A DNA stretch of 52,774 bases, taken from a virus. Its lineage: Duplodnaviria; Caudoviricetes. A model generated the notes under the pieces. It was not told the DNA's origin, searched no databases, and was given only the letters and a program-made list of their open reading frames with translations. Numbering within the stretch: position 1 is the stretch's first letter; each line of letters starts with the position of its first letter. The position numbers and the translations under genes are program-made. The stretch covers positions 1 to 52,774 of the IMG/VR virus record IMGVR_UViG_3300025679_000009, one strand, 5' to 3'. This document shows, in pieces, positions 17,524-27,648 of this stretch.

Positions 17524-19226
17524 AGTCCCGCTGCCGCGAGCTGGTCGAGATCGGCGACCGCGAATTCTCGAAGCGTTTCCCGCTGCTCACGTTGTGGCAG
17601 ACCTTCGCCGAAAACTTCTATCCGATCCGCGCCGACTTCACCCGCGTGCGCTACGTCTCGGAGGAGTTCGCCAGCTACCTGATGACGGGGCGGCCGGTGC
17701 TGGCGCATCGCGAACTCTCGAGCTCACTGAGCGCCATCCTGCGGCCGCCGGGCATGCCCTGGGCGAAGGCGCAGACTGAGGTCGATGCGGTCAACAAGGA
17801 TCGCAGCGCGGCCGCATGGCTCGCCGGCTGCGACGACGTCATGCGCGGAGTCTTCAACGACCGCCGCTCGCAGTTCAAGCGCGCGACCAAGGAAGGCGAC
17901 GCCGATTACGTTCTGACCGGGCAATGCGTGATCGAGCCGCGGATCAACGCGCTGCGCGACGGCATGCTGTTCCGCTGCTGGCACCTGCGCGATTGCGTGT
18001 GGACCGAGAGCGCCGAGCTGGTCATCGACAGCTTCCACCGCAAGTGGGCGCCGGAAGCGCGCCAGCTTCAGCGCTTCGGCGCGTCGCAAAACTGGACGAT
18101 GCCGGGCCAGCTCGACGACAAGGTGAAGAGGGATCCCGGCGGCAACGTCAACTGCCGCGCCATCGTTCTGCCGGCCGACGAGTACGACTCCTTCGGCAAG
18201 GACGAGGAAGGCTATACGCGCAAGCGCAACGCCAACTTTCCCTTCGTCAGCATCGTCATCGACGAAGAGCACGACACCATCCTCGAGGAGGTGCCGCAGC
18301 GCAAGCTCGGCTACGTCGTGCCGCGCTGGGTGACGATCGGCGGGTTCTCGCAATATGCCTATTCGCCGGCGGCGATCGTGGCGCTGCCCGACGGGCGCAT
18401 GCTCCAGCAGATGACGCTGATGCTGCTGGAGATAGGTTCGAAGATCGTCGATCCGCCAATGAAGGCCGTCGGCGACGCGATCCAGGGCGGCGTCAATCTC
18501 TACGCCGGCGCCATCAACTGGGTCGATCCGGACTATGACGAGCGCACCGGCTCGGTGCTCGAGCCGATGCAATTTCACCCCGAAGGGCTGAACTGGGGGA
18601 CGGAATACGAGGAGAAGATCGAGAAGGTCATCAACGAGGCCTTCTACCTCAACGTGCTCAACCTGCCGGAATACGACGAGAAGGAGATGACGGCGTTCGA
18701 ATACGGCGAGCGGATGAAGCAATTCATCAGACGCGCCACGCCGCTCTTCGATCCTATCCGCGAGGAGTACAACGGTGCGCTGTGCGACGACGTGTTCAAC
18801 ACGCTCTTGCACATGGGGGCGTTCGGATCGCCGCTCGACATGCCGCCGGCGCTGCGCGGCCGCGAGGTGAACTTCAAATTCCGCGATCCGCTGGTGGCGG
18901 CCGAGGAAGAGGGCACCACCAACAGCTTCAAGAACCTGGCGCAGCTGCTCGGCGCTGCGATGCAGATCGATCCGACGCTCGCCGCCGACGTCGATACCGA
19001 CACCGCCTTCCGCGATGCCGTGCCCGGCACCGGCGCGCGTCCGACATGGCTCCGTGACAAGGACCAGGCGAATCAAATCAAGACGCAACAGCGCCAGCAG
19101 CAGCAGCAGGACGCCGCGGCCGCGCGTCTCGGCGCCGTCGCCGACAACGGCAGCAAGATGGCCAACGCGGTTGAGAACGTCGGTAACGCCGCGACCGCGT
19201 TGCAGAAATCCGGCCTGACCTCGTGA
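17520..19226 (+). CDS. portal / head-tail connector (T7 gp8/Bbp21-like)
   Basis: 568 aa; VPRW...YAYSP..ALPD...L, VDPP, EMTA.E motifs. Confidence 0.9.
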   Translation: MKSRCRELVEIGDREFSKRFPLLTLWQTFAENFYPIRADFTRVRYVSEEFASYLMTGRPVLAHRELSSSLSAILRPPGMPWAKAQTEVDAVNKDRSAAAWLAGCDDVMRGVFNDRRSQFKRATKEGDADYVLTGQCVIEPRINALRDGMLFRCWHLRDCVWTESAELVIDSFHRKWAPEARQLQRFGASQNWTMPGQLDDKVKRDPGGNVNCRAIVLPADEYDSFGKDEEGYTRKRNANFPFVSIVIDEEHDTILEEVPQRKLGYVVPRWVTIGGFSQYAYSPAAIVALPDGRMLQQMTLMLLEIGSKIVDPPMKAVGDAIQGGVNLYAGAINWVDPDYDERTGSVLEPMQFHPEGLNWGTEYEEKIEKVINEAFYLNVLNLPEYDEKEMTAFEYGERMKQFIRRATPLFDPIREEYNGALCDDVFNTLLHMGAFGSPLDMPPALRGREVNFKFRDPLVAAEEEGTTNSFKNLAQLLGAAMQIDPTLAADVDTDTAFRDAVPGTGARPTWLRDKDQANQIKTQQRQQQQQDAAAARLGAVADNGSKMANAVENVGNAATALQKSGLTS

Positions 19227-19591
19227 GGCCCGGTATTCGCGGTCCGCGCAGGCCCGCCACGCCGCCGCCGCGCAAGGCGAAGTCGCCCGAGTCGAAACTG
19301 CGGATGCCGTGGCAGATGCCGGATGGACCGCTGGCGATCGAGGATGCGGACATTTTCGCGCTGCAGGCGCTGCAGCAGGGCAAGGCAAACGCCGGGCAAC
19401 AGCAGCGCGTGCTGGCGTTGCTGCTCGACAAGCTCTGCGAGGAAAGCCGGATGAGTTTCTACCCGGGCGGTGATGACGGCCGCCGGGCATCGGATTTTGC
19501 CGAAGGCAAGCGCTGGCTGGCGCTGCAGATCAAGCGGCTGCTGCGCATGCGGCCGGACCATCGCGACCAATCTCCGCCGAGCGGCGAATAG
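19223..19591 (+). CDS. Bbp19-like protein
   Basis: FAEGKRWLALQI motif; follows portal. Confidence 0.7.
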   Translation: MRPGIRGPRRPATPPPRKAKSPESKLRMPWQMPDGPLAIEDADIFALQALQQGKANAGQQQRVLALLLDKLCEESRMSFYPGGDDGRRASDFAEGKRWLALQIKRLLRMRPDHRDQSPPSGE

Positions 19592-19625
19592 CCGGCGGCG
19601 AGCTGACCAACCTGGGAGAACATCG

Positions 19626-20702
19626 ATGAGCTGGCGTCTTGGCACGACACCCTTCGCCGAAATGATTATGCGCGCGCCCGATGACGGCGCCGGCGCCGCC
19701 CCGGCACCTGCGGCCGCAGTTGCTGCACCGGCCGCTGCTCCCGCGGCTGCAGCCGCTGCTCCCGCTGCGGGTGCACCGGCGGCGGCCGCGGCTGCCGCCG
19801 AGCCCGCCAAGGCTGGCGCGGGCACGATCGCGGCGGGTGCAGATGCGCCGGCGATCACGGCGGCGGCGAAGTGGCCGGACAACTGGCGCGAGGAGCTCGC
19901 CGGCGGCGACCAGGCCAAGCTGAACATCCTCAAGCGTTACGACTCGCCGTCGGCCTTCGCCGCGTCGGGCTTCGAGCTGCGCGGCAAGATGGACCGCGGT
20001 GAGCTCAAGGCTCCCGCCGCGCCGCTGCCGGCGAATGCGACGGACGAGCAGAAAGCGGCCTGGCGCGAAGCACAGGGGTTGCCGAAAGACGCGGCCGGCT
20101 ATCTCGCCGCGGTGAAGCTGAGCGACGGCCTCGTGATGGGCGAGAGCGACAAGCCGCTGGTCGAGGGCTTTATCAAGGACGTCGCTATCGAGACCGGGCT
20201 TTCCTCGGATGCCGCCAATCGCGCCGTCGACTGGTTCTTCAAGCAGCAGGAGACCGTGAAGCAACAGCAGCTGCAGCAGGACGGCCAATTCAAGCAGACC
20301 GCGCTCGTGGAGCTCGGCCAGGAGTGGGGAAAGGATTTCACCGCGAACAATAACGCGGTGACCGGCCTCATCAATACCTTGCCGGAGGCAATCCGCGATC
20401 GCCTGCTGACGGCGCGCACGCCGGAAGGTCGGACGCTCGGCGATGATCCAAACTTCAACCGCGCGATGCTGATGCTCGCGAAGCAGATCAATCCGGCGGC
20501 CGCGGTGCTGCCGGCGGCCGCGGGCGGCGGTCTCACCGGCGTCGAGACGCGCGTCGCGGAGATCGAGACGAAATACATGCGCGCGCCGCAGGGCACGCCC
20601 GAGTGGAACCAATATTGGAAGAGCGAGGCGATGCAGAACGAGTATCGCGAGCTGCTCGGTGCGCGGGAGACGATGGCGAACCGCGCCAAGTCCGCGGCCT
20701 AA
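19626..20702 (+). CDS. capsid scaffolding protein
   Basis: A/P-rich N-terminus, WPDNWRE, L.QEWG.DF..N; between portal and capsid. Confidence 0.75.
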   Translation: MSWRLGTTPFAEMIMRAPDDGAGAAPAPAAAVAAPAAAPAAAAAAPAAGAPAAAAAAAEPAKAGAGTIAAGADAPAITAAAKWPDNWREELAGGDQAKLNILKRYDSPSAFAASGFELRGKMDRGELKAPAAPLPANATDEQKAAWREAQGLPKDAAGYLAAVKLSDGLVMGESDKPLVEGFIKDVAIETGLSSDAANRAVDWFFKQQETVKQQQLQQDGQFKQTALVELGQEWGKDFTANNNAVTGLINTLPEAIRDRLLTARTPEGRTLGDDPNFNRAMLMLAKQINPAAAVLPAAAGGGLTGVETRVAEIETKYMRAPQGTPEWNQYWKSEAMQNEYRELLGARETMANRAKSAA

Positions 20703-20705
20703 CGC

Positions 20706-21185
20706 ATGCGCGTCATCAAGGCGTTTCCGCCGATCTACGCCGAGATCCTCGCGGCGTTTCCGGACGCCGCGCACCGCAAGCCGATCTTTGCCTGGGGTGA
20801 CGTCATCTACAATCCGCACGGCATCGAGGTGACGTGTGAGCTGCAGGTGCACGAGAAGGTGCACGGCAATCGGCAGCTCGGGACGGCTGTGAACGGCACG
20901 GCGCGCGGCGATGATGCCATCCGCGTCTGGTGGTACCGCTACATCACCCGGCCTGATTTTCGGCTGATGGAGGAGCTGCTCGCGCACGCGGCCGAGTATC
21001 GCGCCTGGTGCGAGAGCGCGAAGATCACGCGCAACCAGCGCCGGCTGGTGCTGCGCTCGCTGGCGCAGCGCTGCGCCTCGCCGCTTTACGGCTCGCTGAT
21101 CTCGGTCGCCGACGCGAAGATCGCGATCGCCGAGCCCGGCAAGCCCTTTAGGACGCGCATCGTCGGATTGACGAGCGCGGCCTAA
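20706..21185 (+). CDS. zincin-like (HExxH) hypothetical protein
   Basis: VHEKVHG with downstream EELLAH..EY. Confidence 0.6.
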   Translation: MRVIKAFPPIYAEILAAFPDAAHRKPIFAWGDVIYNPHGIEVTCELQVHEKVHGNRQLGTAVNGTARGDDAIRVWWYRYITRPDFRLMEELLAHAAEYRAWCESAKITRNQRRLVLRSLAQRCASPLYGSLISVADAKIAIAEPGKPFRTRIVGLTSAA

Positions 21186-21365
21186 CCCAATTCGCGTTCA
21201 CCGGACACCCCGCCCCACGCGGCTCCGGCTGAGCGAATACACCCGCCAATGTGAAGCCCCGAACGAATGCCGATGGCCCGCGCGTCACAGCGCGGCACCC
21301 CGGAGGCCTGCGCGCGGACACCCCGAACTGAGGCTCGACCATGATGCTCATCGGAGTATTGGACC

Positions 21366-22199
21366 ATGGCCGACTCGGCCTTCCAAATCCAATACCGCCA
21401 GGAGTTCATCGCACAGTTCGAGCAGGGCATGAGCTTGCTCCGCACGACGGCGACGACTGAGGCGGTAATCAAAGGCAATCAGGCGCAATTCCTGGTCGCC
21501 GGCTCGGGCGGCGCGACCGCCGTCACCCGCGGCCTCAACGGCAACATCCCGCCGCGCGTCGATTCGCTCGCCACGGTCCCCACGACCTTGGTCGAGTGGC
21601 ACGACAAGCCCCAGCGCACCGAGTTCAACATCTTCGCGTCGCAAGGCGACGGCCGCCGCATCATGCAGATGTCGACGGTCAAGGTGATGAACCGGAAGAT
21701 CGACCAGGACCTGATCAGTGCCCTGTCGACCGGCAGCAACAATCTGGGCTCCGCCCAGACCTTCACGCTGGCTCTCGCGATGCGCGCGATGGCCAAGCTC
21801 GATCTGAACGACGTCGACACGACCGAAGAGGACAATCTCTTCTTCGCCGTGACTCCCGCTGCGTGGGCCTATCTCATGCAGGTCAAGGAGTTCAACGACG
21901 CCGATCTCGTCGAGGTCAAGCCGCTCTCCGGGCCGGCGCGCCGCTTCCGCCGCTGGGCCGGCTTCAACTGGGTGAAGCATCCACATCTTCCCGGCGTGGG
22001 CACGAGCAGCGAGAGCTGCTTCGCCTATCACCGCTCGGCCCTCGGCCACGCGGTCAACTCCGGCGAGATGGATGTCCGCGCGGGCTACAACGAAGAGAAC
22101 GCCTACTACTGGGCGCGCTCCTCGATCTTCATGGGCTCCTCGGTGCTCCAGAACGCCGGCATCGTCGTGGTCACCCACGACGGCTCGAAGTACACGTAA
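21366..22199 (+). CDS. major capsid protein
   Basis: QYRQEFIAQFEQG.SLLR, MNRKIDQDLI, W.GFNW..H; position after scaffold. Confidence 0.88.
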   Translation: MADSAFQIQYRQEFIAQFEQGMSLLRTTATTEAVIKGNQAQFLVAGSGGATAVTRGLNGNIPPRVDSLATVPTTLVEWHDKPQRTEFNIFASQGDGRRIMQMSTVKVMNRKIDQDLISALSTGSNNLGSAQTFTLALAMRAMAKLDLNDVDTTEEDNLFFAVTPAAWAYLMQVKEFNDADLVEVKPLSGPARRFRRWAGFNWVKHPHLPGVGTSSESCFAYHRSALGHAVNSGEMDVRAGYNEENAYYWARSSIFMGSSVLQNAGIVVVTHDGSKYT

Positions 22200-22272
22200 C
22201 CAGCAGCTAGGCCTCGCGCTGCGCTTCATCGCGCCGCGCGCGGCTTAGTGCGCTCAACAGAGGGTCACAACA

Positions 22273-22533
22273 GTGGCTTACACTCCCGACACCCTGAGCC
22301 TGGTCGTGGCCGGCATCGAAGGCCGCGCGCCGAACGCGTGGACCTATTCGTCCGCCGACGGCGACGCGACCATCGTAGGCGCCAGCTACTTCTCGGACGG
22401 CGCCAGCAAGGGAATGAAGGTCGGCGATCTCGTCGACGCCATCAATCCCACCGGCCCAAAATACAAGAAGTACCAGGTGGCGAGCCTGTCCGGCGCAGCC
22501 GCAACCGTCGCCGCGCCGACCACGATCACCTGA
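22273..22533 (+). CDS. putative capsid cement/decoration protein
   Basis: Follows capsid; YFSDG...GMKVGD motif. Confidence 0.6.
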   Translation: MAYTPDTLSLVVAGIEGRAPNAWTYSSADGDATIVGASYFSDGASKGMKVGDLVDAINPTGPKYKKYQVASLSGAAATVAAPTTIT

Positions 22534-22556
22534 TCGCGCGCCGGACTGGCACAGAG

Positions 22557-22584
22557 AGCCCGGCGTTTCGGCGCCGGGCTTTTT
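22557..22584 (+). terminator. intrinsic terminator
   Basis: AGCCCGGCGT-TTCG-GCGCCGGGCT-TTTT. Confidence 0.85.
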
Positions 22585-22606
22585 AATTCCTTCAAGGGGA
22601 TCCCGC

Positions 22607-22837
22607 ATGGCCCTGTTCAAGCCGCGCAGCGCGGTCCAGCGCACGATCGCCGAGCACCTGCGGGATCACATGCGCGGGATCAACGAGCTTTTCCCTGCCG
22701 GCGCAAAGTTGACGCTGATCATCCGGACCGAGGCGCTCGAGCAGCCGCTGATCCTGTCGAATGACGATCAAGCCGAGGCTGTCAAAGCGATGCACGAGAT
22801 GATGCCCGGCAAAGGCGGCATTCTGCTGCACTCCTGA
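22607..22837 (+). CDS. hypothetical protein
   Basis: RBS AAGGGG; 76 aa. Confidence 0.55.
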   Translation: MALFKPRSAVQRTIAEHLRDHMRGINELFPAGAKLTLIIRTEALEQPLILSNDDQAEAVKAMHEMMPGKGGILLHS

Positions 22838-22862
22838 AACTGCAACCGAGAGGTGCTCTGCG

Positions 22863-23369
22863 ATGGCTAAAGCTGCAACCCTGGAGAAGGTAGACACTGC
22901 CGCGTCGGCCGTGTCGGATCTTCCGCGCGCCCTGTCCGAGAGTCGCCTGAAGCTCGTCGGTGCGAGCGCTGCCGATATCCAAAACCATTTTGCGGCGGTA
23001 ACGCCGCAGGGCACGCCGTTCGAGCATGTGCTCGAGCCGGAGTTCTGGGCGCACTGTGCCTACAAGCTGCGGGCCGGCGACGAGATCACGGTCCACACCG
23101 ACGACATGACCTATCTCGGCCGTCTGTACGTCCGCGCCGTGTCGGCGCCGGCGCGCGATCGGCCGAACAACCGGGCGACGGTGGGCAAGCTCGAATTCCA
23201 CGAATTCGGCGCCGCGCCCAAGGATCTGCGCGGCAAGAACCACGAGGTTCGCTTCATGGGGCCGCACCTGAAGTGGTGCGTCGGGTCGCTCACCGACGCG
23301 CGCATCCTCAAGGACGGCTGTGGCACGTCCGAAGAGGCGGCGCAGTGGATGCGCACCCAGGTCGGCTGA
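22863..23369 (+). CDS. hypothetical protein
   Basis: RBS GAGG; P.FWAH...LR.GD.I motif. Confidence 0.65.
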   Translation: MAKAATLEKVDTAASAVSDLPRALSESRLKLVGASAADIQNHFAAVTPQGTPFEHVLEPEFWAHCAYKLRAGDEITVHTDDMTYLGRLYVRAVSAPARDRPNNRATVGKLEFHEFGAAPKDLRGKNHEVRFMGPHLKWCVGSLTDARILKDGCGTSEEAAQWMRTQVG

Positions 23370-23392
23370 GACAGCCTGTAACCGATTGAGCC

Positions 23393-23416
23393 AGGGCCGC
23401 CGGTGGGCGGCCCTTT
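23393..23416 (+). terminator. possible intrinsic terminator
   Basis: AGGGCCGCC-GGTG-GGCGGCCCT-TT. Confidence 0.5.
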
Positions 23417-23437
23417 GCATGTCTGACGGGAGGATCG

Positions 23438-24073
23438 ATGGCCAACAAGCTCGGCGTCTACAACAAGGCGCTGGTCCACATCGAGGAGCGCACGCTTGCC
23501 TCCTTGGCAGAGCAGCGCGAGCCGCGGCGGGTCTTCGACGCACTGTGGGACGACGTCGTCGCTTACTGTCTGAGCCAGGGGCTGTTTCGTTTCGCCAAGC
23601 GCGTCGTTCTGATCGAGGCGTCCGACAGCATCGTTCCCTCGTTCGGCTACACCTGCGCTTTCACAATTCCGGACGATTGGGTCCGCACCGTTGTGATCTC
23701 GGCCGCGCCGCAGCTCGACCCGCCGCTGCTGCAATACTCGGAAGAGACCGGCTACTGGTTTGCCAACGCGACGCCGCTCTACGTCTCGTACATTTCGAAT
23801 GACGCAAAGGTCGGGCTCGACCTGTCGAACTGGCCGGCGACCTTCACCGAATATGTCGCCTATCGGCTGGCTGCACAGAGCGCGCGGCGCCTGACCGGCA
23901 AGAAGGATCTGGCCGACGATCTCGACGCCAAGGAGATCAAGGCCAAGCGCAACACCAAGGGCATCGACGCCATGAACGATCCGCCGGGGTTGCCGCCGGT
24001 GCCGTACCTGGTGCGCTCGCGCCGCGGCGTCTTCGGCCCCGGCGGTCTGCGGTTCGGATCCGGCGAGGGCTGA
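23438..24073 (+). CDS. tail tubular protein A / adaptor (gp11-like)
   Basis: YNKAL..I.E, FRFAKR, F.IPDDWVR, WPATF...A.RLA. Confidence 0.82.
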   Translation: MANKLGVYNKALVHIEERTLASLAEQREPRRVFDALWDDVVAYCLSQGLFRFAKRVVLIEASDSIVPSFGYTCAFTIPDDWVRTVVISAAPQLDPPLLQYSEETGYWFANATPLYVSYISNDAKVGLDLSNWPATFTEYVAYRLAAQSARRLTGKKDLADDLDAKEIKAKRNTKGIDAMNDPPGLPPVPYLVRSRRGVFGPGGLRFGSGEG

Positions 24074-24076
24074 TCG

Positions 24077-27000
24077 GTGCCCACCGGCAATTTTCCACTC
24101 TTCGCCATGAACCAGGGCGAGGTGTCGAAGATCGCGCTTGTCCGCGTCGACCAGGCCAAGATGCGGCTGGCGGCGGCGTGTCAGGTAAACTGGCTTCCCT
24201 TCGTGCTCGGCCCGATGATGCTGCGGCCCGGCCTGGAGTTCGTCGGCGAAGTCCTTAGCGATCTTCCGGCCAAGCTCGTCCGGTTTGTTTTCGCCAAGAA
24301 CGACACGGCGCTGATCGAGCTGACGAACGGCGTCATGCGCGCCTGGATCAATGACGTGCTGGTCGAGCGCGTCGCGGTCGCGACGGCGATCAGCGATCCC
24401 AGTTTTGCCGGCGGCGGCTCCTGGAGCACCGCGGACACGACGGCCGGCTGCACCGTGTCGATCGGCGCCGGCGTTGCGACCTTGACCTGCGGCGCGCGTG
24501 GTGGCCTCGCGCGGTTCAAGCAGACCATTGCCGTCGCCAGCGGCGACCATGGCAAAGAGCATGGGATCCGCGTTGTCGTCACGAACGGTCCGGTCACTTT
24601 GCGCGCCGGTTCGTCGGACGGCCTGGCGGACTACATCGCGGCGACCAAAATCGACACCGGCACACACTCCCTGGTCTGCACGCCCGCCGGCTCCGTCTTT
24701 TTGCAGATCGAGTCGACCGACGTCCGCGCAAAGACACTGACGTCGGTGTCGATCGAGGACGCCGGCGTCCTCGAGCTGCCGACGCCGTGGGGCACGGGCG
24801 ACCTGCCGAACGTCCGGTACGATCAGTCCGGTGACATCGTGTTCACCGCCGCCTACGGCCTGCAGCAATACAAGATCGAGCGCAGAGGATCGCGCCCGGG
24901 TGCCCGCGGCTGGTCGGTCGTGCTGTACCGGTCCGACGACGGTCCGTTTCAGCAATCGGCTTCCGTCAAGGCGACCTTCGCGCCTTCGGTCTACGACGGC
25001 AACGGCACACTGTCGTCCGATCAGCCGTATTTCACGCCGCAGCATGTTGGCTGTCTCTTCCGGCTGTTCACGGATGGTCAGAACCGGCAGGTAACGCTCG
25101 GCGCGCGCGACGCCTTCTCCGACGCGGTGCGCGTCGTGGGCGTCGGCACGGCCTCGCGGAACTACAATTGGACCGTCTCTGGCACTTACGTCGGCATTCT
25201 CACCTTCCAGCGATCGTTCGACGGGGCCGATTTGGGCTTCGTCGACATCCAGACCCAGGCGAGCGGCTTCACCGGCACGGTATCGTCGAGCACCGGGGGC
25301 ACCGGTGGTACGCCCAATCTCGACAATGCCATCTGTTGGGAACGCATCGGTTTCAAGCCGGGGACGCCGGTGGCCGGCGCGGCCACGATCGGTGCCGGCG
25401 GAAGCAGCTACATCGTCGGCAACACCCTGACGCTCGTCGGCGGCAGCGGCACCCCGGCGACCTATCGTGTCGCCAGCGTCGATGGTGGCGGTGGCGTCAC
25501 AGCGGTCACGCTGCTGACGCCCGGTCTCTATACGGCGCTGCCGAGCAATCCAGCGGCGACGACGGGCGGAGCCGGCACCGGTTGCACGCTCAACGTCACG
25601 GCGGCCAGCACCGATTATACGAGCGGCAGCGCCTCGGTCGTGTCGACCTATGCCGGCGGCGGCGGCTTCGGCATCTGCCGCGTGACCGGCTATAACGATC
25701 CGAAGTCCGTCAACATCGACGTGCTACAGCCCTTTGCGTCGCTGCAGGGCACACAGGACTGGGTCGAAGCGGATTGGTCCTCGATCGCCGGCTGGCCGAC
25801 CACCGTCAGCTTTCACGAGGGCAGGCTCGGCTGGGCGGGTCGCGACGAGATCTGGCTGTCGCATTCCGACAGCTATACGGGCTTCGCCGATATCGATAGC
25901 GACGGGAACGCCATCGGCGACGCCGGCGCGATCAACGAGGCGATGGGATCGGGTGCCGCCGGCACGATCTCGTGGCTGTTGTCGCTGACGCGTCTGCAGA
26001 TCGGGCGTGAGCAGTCGATCGGCTCGGCGCGCAGCTCCAACTTCGACCAGCCGCTGACGCCGACGGACGTCGTGATCCGCGATTCCTCGGACCAGGGGGC
26101 GGCGCGGCTGGCGGCGTTCAAGAGTGGCAAGCGCGGCATCTTCGTCGGGCAGAACAATCGCGTCTACGAGCTCGCCTTCACCGCGCAGGAGATGGATTAC
26201 GACGAGCGCGATCTGACGCGGCTCAACCTCGATATCGTCAAGCCCGGCTTCGTGGATGGGGACAAGGCCACGCATCCGGACAAGCAGATCGTGCTGCCGC
26301 GCACGGACGGTCAGGCGGCGGTGCTGCTCTATGACGTCAAGGACGAGGTCGAAGCCTGGTGGCGCATCCAGACGCTCGGCATCATCGAGAATTACTGCGT
26401 GCTGCCGGGCGACGGCATCGAGGACGCGCAGTATTTCGTCGTCAGGCGCGCCATCAACGGCGTGACGCGCCGCTTCATCGAGAAGATGGCGACGCGCGAC
26501 GCATGCGTCGGCGGCGCGATCAACCAGCAGCTCGACTGCCATCTCGTGTATCGGGGAGCGGCGGTGAACACGGTGCAGCTGGCCTGGCTGCCGAATACGC
26601 TGGTTTCGGTGTGGGCGGACGGCGCCGCGATCGGAACGCAGACGACCGACGGATCCGGCAATTGCGCGATGCCGGACGGCAAGACGCATTCGAACATCGT
26701 GGTTGGCCTCGCGGGAGCCGTCGTTCGCGGTTTTCTCGGGCCGTCGCTTCCCGACAACACCGCTCCGGACCAGGTCTTCACGCAAAACTCGGCGACATTG
26801 ACGGTCGGCGCTCAGTTCGACGGCTATCCGGCGGAGGTTTTTGCCGACATCGGCGGCACCGGCCGGCCAAAGCATGTCGGCACGCTGATGGTGAGCGGCG
26901 GCCAGATCACGCTGCCAAACCTGCAGGTGGCGTCCAGCATCGTTGCCTGCCTCGGCTACGTCGCGCCGTTCATGTCGGCGAAGCTTGCTTATGCGGCGGC

Positions 27001-27292
27001 GCTGGGCACGGCACTGACGCAGAAGAAGCGGATCCCGCATTGCGGGTTGATCATGTTCGATACCGACGCTCAAGGCGTCAGGTTCGGCCAGCGCTTCGAT
27101 GTGATGGACGCCATGCCGCAGAAGGAAGCCGAGCAGCTGACGCCGGCCGGGACGATCTGGTCGGAATACGACGAGGCGGCGATCTCGGTCCCGGGTGAAT
27201 GGGACACCGACGCGCGGCTTTGCCTGCTCGCGCAGGCACCGCGGCCGTGCACGATCGGCGGTGTCGTCGTCGGCGTGGACACGAGCGGGTGA
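24077..27292 (+). CDS. tail tubular protein B / nozzle (gp12-like)
   Basis: N.GEVS...R.D...N......G....RPG N-terminus; Y.QSGD; GWP.TV.FHEGRL; 1071 aa. Confidence 0.85.
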   Translation: MPTGNFPLFAMNQGEVSKIALVRVDQAKMRLAAACQVNWLPFVLGPMMLRPGLEFVGEVLSDLPAKLVRFVFAKNDTALIELTNGVMRAWINDVLVERVAVATAISDPSFAGGGSWSTADTTAGCTVSIGAGVATLTCGARGGLARFKQTIAVASGDHGKEHGIRVVVTNGPVTLRAGSSDGLADYIAATKIDTGTHSLVCTPAGSVFLQIESTDVRAKTLTSVSIEDAGVLELPTPWGTGDLPNVRYDQSGDIVFTAAYGLQQYKIERRGSRPGARGWSVVLYRSDDGPFQQSASVKATFAPSVYDGNGTLSSDQPYFTPQHVGCLFRLFTDGQNRQVTLGARDAFSDAVRVVGVGTASRNYNWTVSGTYVGILTFQRSFDGADLGFVDIQTQASGFTGTVSSSTGGTGGTPNLDNAICWERIGFKPGTPVAGAATIGAGGSSYIVGNTLTLVGGSGTPATYRVASVDGGGGVTAVTLLTPGLYTALPSNPAATTGGAGTGCTLNVTAASTDYTSGSASVVSTYAGGGGFGICRVTGYNDPKSVNIDVLQPFASLQGTQDWVEADWSSIAGWPTTVSFHEGRLGWAGRDEIWLSHSDSYTGFADIDSDGNAIGDAGAINEAMGSGAAGTISWLLSLTRLQIGREQSIGSARSSNFDQPLTPTDVVIRDSSDQGAARLAAFKSGKRGIFVGQNNRVYELAFTAQEMDYDERDLTRLNLDIVKPGFVDGDKATHPDKQIVLPRTDGQAAVLLYDVKDEVEAWWRIQTLGIIENYCVLPGDGIEDAQYFVVRRAINGVTRRFIEKMATRDACVGGAINQQLDCHLVYRGAAVNTVQLAWLPNTLVSVWADGAAIGTQTTDGSGNCAMPDGKTHSNIVVGLAGAVVRGFLGPSLPDNTAPDQVFTQNSATLTVGAQFDGYPAEVFADIGGTGRPKHVGTLMVSGGQITLPNLQVASSIVACLGYVAPFMSAKLAYAAALGTALTQKKRIPHCGLIMFDTDAQGVRFGQRFDVMDAMPQKEAEQLTPAGTIWSEYDEAAISVPGEWDTDARLCLLAQAPRPCTIGGVVVGVDTSG

Positions 27293-27648
27293 GGGTGCGG
27301 CTGCGGCCGAGCGAGCCGGCTGACTTCATCGCGCTGCTCGGGCAGCTGCCAGCCCACCGGACCCGCGGCATCACGGCGCTCGCCGGCGACGAAGTGCTTG
27401 GCATCGGCGGCCTCATCATGGCGCCGGACGGAAGCGTGTGGGCGTCGTGCTTCATCAGCGACGCCGGTCGCGCGTTCCCGCGCGCCGTTCATCGCGCCGG
27501 GCTGGCACTGATCGATCTCGCGCGCGAGATGCGCCTGCCTCGGGTGTTTGCGAGCGCGGAGGATCGGCCGGGCGCCGATCGCTGGCTGCTCGCGCTCGGG
27601 TTTTGTCGCCTTCCTGAAGAGTCGCTGTTCGTGTGGGAGCCGTCCTGA
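27289..27648 (+). CDS. GNAT-like protein (T7 gp13 position)
   Basis: VRLRP...D, LGIGG, RWLLALGF motifs. Confidence 0.6.
   Translation: MRVRLRPSEPADFIALLGQLPAHRTRGITALAGDEVLGIGGLIMAPDGSVWASCFISDAGRAFPRAVHRAGLALIDLAREMRLPRVFASAEDRPGADRWLLALGFCRLPEESLFVWEPS

Noticed and set aside
19690-19870. Ala/Pro low-complexity repeat in scaffold
   Set aside because: Common disordered N-terminus of scaffolding proteins; degenerate at DNA level
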